Virus record (IMG/VR): IMGVR_UViG_3300021963_005223
Coordinates: 17,273 to 81,272 of that record
Reading direction: 5' to 3' (one strand)
Source: a virus
Length of the DNA: 64,000 nt
Part shown: positions 39,379-45,990 of the stretch, piece after piece
Position numbering within the stretch: position 1 is the stretch's first letter
Layout: the number at the start of each line of letters is the position of its first letter
Notes under the pieces: model-generated
Databases searched by the model: none
What the model saw: only the letters and a program-made list of their open reading frames with translations
Told to the model about the DNA's origin: nothing
Translations under genes and position numbers: made by a program

Positions 39379-39759
39379 ATGGCAATTCATGCAGCAACTG
39401 GATTTAAAAGATCTGATGGAACAGATGTAGTAAACCTGTTCTGGAACTACTATGATGCAGGTAACAGAAACTATACTGAAGGTAATGGTAACTGCGGATG
39501 GAACTGTGCATGTAATAACTGTAATTCCAACTGTAACTGTAACTGCGGTAACTGCGACGCTGGAGATATTTCTATTAACGTAGCTACTACCGATAGACGT
39601 ATTAACATGTTCCGCAACACTGCTTATGCAGACGGTATCCGTCACGACAATCAAGATAACACTTTAGGTGGTTTCCAATGGTTCCGCACAAACTGTAACT
39701 GTAACTGTGCATGTAACTGTAATTGCGCTTGCGACTGTGCTTGTGCTTGTGCATGTTAA
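39379..39759 (+). CDS. Cys/Asn-rich protein (19 Cys); candidate radical-SAM substrate or fibre tip
   Basis: Two xC repeat tracts (8 and 11 Cys); GGAG SD; starts 1 nt after the fibre stop. Confidence 0.8.
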   Translation: MAIHAATGFKRSDGTDVVNLFWNYYDAGNRNYTEGNGNCGWNCACNNCNSNCNCNCGNCDAGDISINVATTDRRINMFRNTAYADGIRHDNQDNTLGGFQWFRTNCNCNCACNCNCACDCACACAC

Positions 39760-39773
39760 TGGAGACAGAATAA

Positions 39774-40703
39774 ATGTTTAAAATTATTAAAACTCAAATT
39801 ACAGCATCTTTAAAAGAAGGTTCTGAGATTGGTATAAATGCCAATTATAGAACAACAATGGGCTATAATTCTGAAGACAAAACAATTTCAGTAAAAGTAG
39901 AAAAATTAAACAGACCAGATTTGACTCGTGAAGAAAATTTGGAAGTAACATACACAGAAGTAGCTTCTAGAATATTTGGTTTAGAAGATTTTCCACAAAA
40001 TACTGATAACATAACTTGGTTCACTGAGTATGATGTTGAAGCAAATAAAATTTCAGATCCGATTGAGATTTGGGATTGGGTTGCTACATTACAACAAAAG
40101 ACTCCTCCTGCTCCAAATGTTCCATATACTATCGGTTCTTTACAAACAGACTTCGCAGCTCACTTTACGCCAAAAATACTTCCATTATTTCATTTAGGTT
40201 CTTTCAATAAATCAGTTGAAAATTTTGAAGGTTCATTGTTACAATTTTACGTAACAAATGCAGACCAAACTACATTGGCTCCACATGATACAATTTTAAC
40301 AGATCCAAATCTAGAAGTTAAAACTTCATTAGAAAAATCTCAGTGGAGTAGTATCAATATTTTACCTATGCTTTCATACAATTTACTAGACGCTAATGGA
40401 GATGTAGTTGAAGTTGAACAGACTAAGATGGTAACACCTCGTCACCAAAAAGTAACTTTACCTAAAGCTGATGAATATTCTGTTAGAATTAACTTCACTA
40501 AACCTGCATTTAAAAATATTTCCAATACATATAATGTTTCAGTGGTTAATGGCGGAATTAATAAAAATAGGATTGTAATTTCAGAAGGATCTTCTGTTGT
40601 TCTAGTTAATGCACGTGGACTAAATTCTGGAGACTTCGTTAAAGTTAAGCTAAATATTGGAAAGTATAATAGTTTCGGTGAATTCTGGATTAATATTCAG
40701 TAA
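39774..40703 (+). CDS. Hypothetical 309-aa protein of the radical SAM island
   Basis: GGAG SD; beta-rich C-terminus; no recognised family. Confidence 0.75.
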   Translation: MFKIIKTQITASLKEGSEIGINANYRTTMGYNSEDKTISVKVEKLNRPDLTREENLEVTYTEVASRIFGLEDFPQNTDNITWFTEYDVEANKISDPIEIWDWVATLQQKTPPAPNVPYTIGSLQTDFAAHFTPKILPLFHLGSFNKSVENFEGSLLQFYVTNADQTTLAPHDTILTDPNLEVKTSLEKSQWSSINILPMLSYNLLDANGDVVEVEQTKMVTPRHQKVTLPKADEYSVRINFTKPAFKNISNTYNVSVVNGGINKNRIVISEGSSVVLVNARGLNSGDFVKVKLNIGKYNSFGEFWINIQ

Positions 40704-40773
40704 ATTTGAACTAATAATTTTGAAATAAATACTCGATATCTTGTCGAGTATTTTAAATAATTTAAAGGTGAAT

Positions 40774-42249
40774 ATGAGTAAATATAGATTAATTCTACAG
40801 GGTTCTAATGATGTAAAAGAAGTTTTGGTTTATGATCCAATAACTTCTGAAATGGTTTGGGAAGAATCTGGGGAAAGACCATCCTTGCAGCATTTGGGTC
40901 AAGATATCGAATATAAAGTTACAGCATCAAAACAGTGGAAACCATTTAAGGTTACCAATCCACACGACCCAGATCTGCATGGTCGTAAATCCAAAAAGCC
41001 AACAACATTAAAAATTACCATGGGTCTTAAGTGCAATTTTAAGTGCACTTATTGTAACCAAGCTCATCAGCCACACGATCCAGTTGGTGGTCCAGAAGAT
41101 GCGGATGATTTAATCCAAAAAATCAAAACAAACTTTGAACTTGGAACTTATGACCCAGTAAGAATCGAATACTGGGGTGGAGAACCATTTGTTTATTGGA
41201 AAACTTTAAAACCACTATCTGAGAAATTGCGTAAAGTGTATCCAAAAGCACAGTTTACTATTGTTACCAATGGTTCTATGTTAGATCGAGAAAAAGTCGA
41301 CTGGCTAAACCAGATGGGATTCTCAGTAGGTATGTCTCATGATGGTCCATTGCATGCTCAAAATCGTGGACCAGATCCATTGGATGATCCAAAGATGCGT
41401 TTCGGTATCGCTTACGCATTAAAAACTATGGGTCAAATGCGTTTTTCTTTTAACGCAGTTTTAACAAGAGAAAATGTTTCTTTAGCTGCAGTAAGAAACT
41501 TTATTCTTGATAAAATTAACCAAAGACATCCAGATTACCCTGATCAACCTGGTATTGATCAGCGAGAAATTCATGTTACCACTGAAGAATTGCTGTTACC
41601 GTATGACGATGATGGAATGAAACATTCATTGGTTACTCCAGATGAAAAGAAGATGATTCTTCATAACCTTTTCTGGGAAACAATTAATCAAAGAAATGAG
41701 TTTAGTTGGACTGTGCATAGTAAAATTAAAAACTTTTTTGACAGTTTGATTAATCAAAGACCTGCTGAGGCTCTTGGTCAAAAATGCGGTATGGATAGAG
41801 AAGACAATATTGCGATTGACATGAAAGGTAATGTAACCACTTGCCAAAATACTTCTTCTTTGACTAAACACCATATTGGTAACATTGAAGATTTTGATAA
41901 TATTCGTTTAACTACTTCATACCACTGGAGTACTAGAAGTGAGTGTCCAAGTTGCCCAGTAGTTCAATTATGTCAAGGTGCTTGTTTATTCTTAGAAGAC
42001 AAGTATTGGGAACAAGCGTGTGAAAACTTGTTCTATTATAACTTGGCGATGCTGGCTTCTTCTCTGTTTATACTTACAGGAGGTCTTGTACTAGTAGAAG
42101 TACAAGGAGAAAAGATAAGAAACGAAGGAATCACTTCGATACCAGTTATTGATATTAATTTTGTCAAATCTGATGGTAAAGAAACTTCCTGGAAAGTTCG
42201 TAAACCAATCGGTATTCCAGTTGTAACAGTTCCAGTTGGCTTGCAGTAA
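40774..42249 (+). CDS. Radical SAM / SPASM-domain enzyme
   Basis: CNFKCTYC (CxxxCxxC), WGGEP, TNG, SHDG; C...GNVTTC and CPSCPVVQLCQGAC...C auxiliary-cluster motifs. Confidence 0.93.
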   Translation: MSKYRLILQGSNDVKEVLVYDPITSEMVWEESGERPSLQHLGQDIEYKVTASKQWKPFKVTNPHDPDLHGRKSKKPTTLKITMGLKCNFKCTYCNQAHQPHDPVGGPEDADDLIQKIKTNFELGTYDPVRIEYWGGEPFVYWKTLKPLSEKLRKVYPKAQFTIVTNGSMLDREKVDWLNQMGFSVGMSHDGPLHAQNRGPDPLDDPKMRFGIAYALKTMGQMRFSFNAVLTRENVSLAAVRNFILDKINQRHPDYPDQPGIDQREIHVTTEELLLPYDDDGMKHSLVTPDEKKMILHNLFWETINQRNEFSWTVHSKIKNFFDSLINQRPAEALGQKCGMDREDNIAIDMKGNVTTCQNTSSLTKHHIGNIEDFDNIRLTTSYHWSTRSECPSCPVVQLCQGACLFLEDKYWEQACENLFYYNLAMLASSLFILTGGLVLVEVQGEKIRNEGITSIPVIDINFVKSDGKETSWKVRKPIGIPVVTVPVGLQ

Positions 42250-42250
42250 T

Positions 42251-42589
42251 ATGTCTTTTTTGAAGTGCAAAATCTGGCTGGTTGAGCAATATCCAAGATA
42301 TGGGTCTAATTATAATTTGTTCCCAATATCTGATATTATAGATTATGATTCTGATAATACATTTTATGACTATAAAGAAGATAAATCCCAGCATTTTATA
42401 AATATGATGGTTCCAGAATTTGAAATTTATGCAACAGAAGAACAGATTGAAATTTTAAATAAATATACTGAAGAGATTATCAGTAAAAAGATTCCGATAC
42501 TTAGAAATGTGCAAAAGGGTGATGTGGAGTATTGGATGATAGATACTACATTTTTAGACTATCATCTTAAAACAAAAAATATCCAATAG
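42251..42589 (+). CDS. Hypothetical protein
   Basis: ATG 1 nt after the rSAM stop. Confidence 0.6.
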   Translation: MSFLKCKIWLVEQYPRYGSNYNLFPISDIIDYDSDNTFYDYKEDKSQHFINMMVPEFEIYATEEQIEILNKYTEEIISKKIPILRNVQKGDVEYWMIDTTFLDYHLKTKNIQ

Positions 42590-42598
42590 GAGAAAAAA

Positions 42599-43546
42599 AT
42601 GAATGCAAAACATGTTAAATGGGTCATTGCACATGAACCTATCGGCTTGTTTCTTAAAGTAGCGGATCGTTTCGCTACAGAAGTAAACGAGAAGACTGGT
42701 GGAATGTTCAATATTGAAGTTTTATCATTGTCAGATTATTCTGCAAAATATAACGATGGCAAAAAGATCACTAAAAATGAGTTAATGACTTTAGTTGATT
42801 CTGGTGCTATTGAAATGAGCCACATCTATACTACTTGGTTAGCTGATTATAATAAAGATCTACATGCTTTAGATCTACCTTTCTTATTCCGTGACCACGA
42901 TCACGCTGATGCAGTTCTAGAAGGTGAAATTGGTACTGAGTTGTTAGCTGGTGTATCTAAGAATTCTAATATTCACGCTATGTCTTTCACTTACTCTGGT
43001 GGTTATCGTGTTGTTCCAGCTAACTTCCGTGCTGATACTGTAGAAGCATGGAGAGGTCAAGCTGTTCGCACTTCACGTTCTCCAGTAGCTGTTGAGACAT
43101 TTAAGTTACTAGGTGCTGAGCCAAAAGAGCACATCGCTCTAGAAGAAATGAATGAATATGCAGATAAAGGTGAAATTGCTGCTGGTGAATCAACTTACGT
43201 TCGCATTTTCCCACTAGATCAGTATAAATCTTTTAAAGTTGTTAATGACACTGCTCATAGCTTGTTCTTAACTTCTATTATTGTTAACAAAGACTTTATG
43301 GCTCAGTTTGACGAAGAAACTCGAGAGATTCTAGCTACTGCTGCATTTAATGCTGCTCGTGTAGAGCGTCGTGAATCTGTAGCTGACATTCCTAACATCT
43401 TGGCTGAATGTCAAGAAAAAGGTGTTGAAGTTGTTCGTATGTCTACTGAAGAACAGAAGAAGTTCCAAGAAGTTACTTCTGCTGTTTATGAAAAGTTTGC
43501 AGACTATTTCACTCCAGGATTAGTGCAGAAAATTAAGTTACAATAA
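42599..43546 (+). CDS. DctP-like TRAP substrate-binding protein lacking a signal peptide
   Basis: FATEVNEKTGG, GAIEMS, LDLPFLFRDHDHADAVLEGEIG, GQAVRT, FKLLGAEP. Confidence 0.85.
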   Translation: MNAKHVKWVIAHEPIGLFLKVADRFATEVNEKTGGMFNIEVLSLSDYSAKYNDGKKITKNELMTLVDSGAIEMSHIYTTWLADYNKDLHALDLPFLFRDHDHADAVLEGEIGTELLAGVSKNSNIHAMSFTYSGGYRVVPANFRADTVEAWRGQAVRTSRSPVAVETFKLLGAEPKEHIALEEMNEYADKGEIAAGESTYVRIFPLDQYKSFKVVNDTAHSLFLTSIIVNKDFMAQFDEETREILATAAFNAARVERRESVADIPNILAECQEKGVEVVRMSTEEQKKFQEVTSAVYEKFADYFTPGLVQKIKLQ

Positions 43547-43563
43547 GCGTTTTGACAAATGAT

Positions 43564-43581
43564 GGGGAGCTTCGGCTCCCC
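43564..43581. terminator. UUCG hairpin (terminator or mRNA stabiliser)
   Basis: GGGGAGC-TTCG-GCTCCCC; same core as the hairpin after gp32 but no strong U tract. Confidence 0.55.
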
Positions 43582-43612
43582 AAAATAATTATTCCTTTTA
43601 ATCAATTTTACA

Positions 43613-44665
43613 ATGACTATGAATAAAGAATGTTTATATTATAATTGCTATAATGTTCCAGAAGTAATACAAGCTGGAGATAAAAGTATTGAACCTTATC
43701 TATCACCAGATTATTCAGATAAAGTTTTCCAGTTTTATAGAAAATATAAAATGGATTTGACTAATGTAGTATGTGATAGAATGGATATCCTTCCACATTA
43801 TATTAACATAAAAAAGAATCAATTTCCACTACCAAAAATTGAGCCAGATTTTAATATGTCTTTTGCTGAGTGCGTTGAAAAACGAGCAAAAGAAATTTTG
43901 GCACTCAATAAACCAATAACGGTAGTTTGGAGCGGTGGTATTGATAGTACACTTGTAATATTTTCACTGCTTCAATTTTGCAATGACCCATCACAAATTA
44001 CTGTTTATGGAACTTATAACTCTATTGTAGAGTCTGGTGATGTATTTGAAAAATATATCCTGCCAAGGGGTGTCAAATATCAGTTTGCAGTATCATCTAG
44101 AAAATACTTTAAAGATGATACACAAATCTATATCTCTGGTTTTATGGGTAATCAATTATTTGGACCAGTTGATGATTTTTCATATTCAAAAGCTACATTG
44201 TTTCATCACCATCTTAGAGGTAATGGTGATATTGAAGATTCTTACGAAACTGTGTTGACTGAAGAGATGCACGAGTTTTTATTACCTGCACTTAAAGCCA
44301 GTCCAAAGAAAATAGAAACTGTTAGAGATTTACGCTGGTTTGGTATTTTTATGTTAGATTGGCACCAGTCATATTATGATATTTTAATCAAAACAAAAAA
44401 TTATGATAAAGTTTATCATTTTTTTGATGATGCTGATATGCAAAAATATTCTATGACAACAAAAGAGCCATACACAAAAGTAAAGGGAAACCCTCTGACC
44501 CATCGCTGGGTCATGAGGGAATTAATTGAAGAGTGGGGGAAGTGCTCTCACTATGCTTGGAACAAACCAAAGAGTATATCAAACTTGGCCAATAGAGCTG
44601 CTGACTGGTATTTTATAATGCCAGATCATAGTTTGATTACTCCAAACAATATTAAATTTAATTAG
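43613..44665 (+). CDS. Asparagine-synthetase-like N-type ATP pyrophosphatase (no glutaminase domain)
   Basis: WSGGIDS PP-loop; SGFMGNQLFG resembles the AsnB SGxGxDELFG motif. Confidence 0.7.
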   Translation: MTMNKECLYYNCYNVPEVIQAGDKSIEPYLSPDYSDKVFQFYRKYKMDLTNVVCDRMDILPHYINIKKNQFPLPKIEPDFNMSFAECVEKRAKEILALNKPITVVWSGGIDSTLVIFSLLQFCNDPSQITVYGTYNSIVESGDVFEKYILPRGVKYQFAVSSRKYFKDDTQIYISGFMGNQLFGPVDDFSYSKATLFHHHLRGNGDIEDSYETVLTEEMHEFLLPALKASPKKIETVRDLRWFGIFMLDWHQSYYDILIKTKNYDKVYHFFDDADMQKYSMTTKEPYTKVKGNPLTHRWVMRELIEEWGKCSHYAWNKPKSISNLANRAADWYFIMPDHSLITPNNIKFN

Positions 44666-45291
44666 TAATTAACAAACCCAACATAAACATTTAAGAATAC
44701 TTGTGCTTGGTCTGATAAATTAGTTTCAACGTAGCGTTGCAAATATCCTGGAGTGACAACAATTTCACCAACACGAGCACGAATTCCATAGTTTGTTGCA
44801 ACTAAACCATTAGAAACCAGTTGGCGAATTGTTTGGACTCCACCTCTTGTATCAGCGAAATATGTGTTTGGTGGGAACTGTCCTGTATGCAAAACGAATG
44901 TTAAAATTAGAGGAACGTGTTCATAGCAATGTAATGGTACATGCTCTTGTGGCTGTTGGAAAAATACGCTAGAACCAAGGATCTCGGGCAATCTCTTTAG
45001 ATCTTGATTTTCTTTATCTTCAAATTCTTCTAATTGCTTGCAAGTACTATATACGAACCCTCTAAATTTTTCTACTAGTGGGTTGTCAATACCCATAATA
45101 TTTACATTCCCAGTTTCATTATTATGCTGGTTGTAAATAGCTAAAAATTCATTGAGTTCTTCTTCATTTAAATTAAAAGAAAAACAGCGCAAAGGTGTTG
45201 GGAAAAGTGATTTTTCGAATGTTTTTGTCACTTCAATAGAAGTTTCTTGACTTGTAGAAACTTCAGTCTGGGGTTGTTGATTTTCTTGCAT
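44662..45291 (-). CDS. Degenerate 2OG-Fe(II) oxygenase-like protein (TIGR02466-like)
   Basis: LFPTP, FADTR, GEIVVTPGYLQRYVETN skeleton; GGAG SD; TATAAATA upstream. Confidence 0.6.
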   Translation of the reverse strand: MQENQQPQTEVSTSQETSIEVTKTFEKSLFPTPLRCFSFNLNEEELNEFLAIYNQHNNETGNVNIMGIDNPLVEKFRGFVYSTCKQLEEFEDKENQDLKRLPEILGSSVFFQQPQEHVPLHCYEHVPLILTFVLHTGQFPPNTYFADTRGGVQTIRQLVSNGLVATNYGIRARVGEIVVTPGYLQRYVETNLSDQAQVFLNVYVGFVNY

Positions 45292-45334
45292 TTTATCTCC
45301 ATAAGTTAATTAAATTTCAGCTTTCGCTCAAAGG

Positions 45335-45381
45335 TATTTATACACCCGTCTTGTATTTAGCGTTTTCAAATAGAATAAATA
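45335..45381. promoter_or_regulatory. Divergent late promoters
   Basis: TATAAATA on - at 45335-45342, CTAAATA on - at 45354-45360, ATAAATA on + at 45375-45381. Confidence 0.65.
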
Positions 45382-45407
45382 AACATGTATATTGGGAGAA
45401 AAATTAA

Positions 45408-45743
45408 GTGGCTACAGTTACAAACTTATACGTAGATCAGGGTTCGTTTTACAGAACTCACGTCACAGTTGCTAATTCCGATGGGAATGCTCTGGACTTA
45501 ACTGGTTTTACTGTTGCTTCTCAGATGAGAAAGTCATATCAGTCTTCGACTGGATTTAACTTCACAACTTCTATAAGTAATCCGACTCAAGGTAGGGTTA
45601 GACTTGAACTAACTTCTGAACAATCAAGAGTCATCCCTGCAGGTAAATATCTTTATGATGTTGAAATTCTATCTCCAACAGGGGAGAGAACTAGAGTCGT
45701 TGAAGGTATAGTTTTAATAAACCCAGAAATCACGAAGATCTAA
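45408..45743 (+). CDS. Conserved virion structural protein
   Basis: NLYVDQGS, DLTGFT..SQMRKSY, GKYLYDVEI, RVVEG; GTG start with GGGAG SD. Confidence 0.78.
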   Translation: MATVTNLYVDQGSFYRTHVTVANSDGNALDLTGFTVASQMRKSYQSSTGFNFTTSISNPTQGRVRLELTSEQSRVIPAGKYLYDVEILSPTGERTRVVEGIVLINPEITKI

Positions 45744-45744
45744 A

Positions 45745-45975
45745 ATGGCAGATATTATCGCTACAGTAGACGATCCGTATGGATCATCATTAGACTCTGG
45801 AACAACAGTTACAGCATCATCTACATCGGTACCACCAAATACAATCGAAAATATGTTAGATGTAGATTTGCAGACGTTGACTGATGGGGCATTACTAATT
45901 TACAAAAATACCACCTCCAAATGGACTGCTTCCACGATGTTGGATAAGCAGAACATGGAAGGTGGAGAATTTTAA
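45745..45975 (+). CDS. Small fibre-associated protein
   Basis: DVD...DGALLIY...KW repeat unit; ends EGGEF. Confidence 0.7.
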   Translation: MADIIATVDDPYGSSLDSGTTVTASSTSVPPNTIENMLDVDLQTLTDGALLIYKNTTSKWTASTMLDKQNMEGGEF

Positions 45976-45990
45976 TCGGAGACATAAAAG

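Noticed and set aside
39479-39759. AACTGT-type repeats as a non-coding microsatellite or DGR variable region
   Set aside because: They encode Asn-Cys in frame with mixed codons; no reverse transcriptase or template repeat in the window
40774-42249. rSAM as a housekeeping NrdG, QueE or anaerobic sulfatase maturase
   Set aside because: Too long for NrdG/QueE and carries SPASM motifs; no sulfatase, nrdD or que genes nearby. A distant substrate outside the window cannot be excluded
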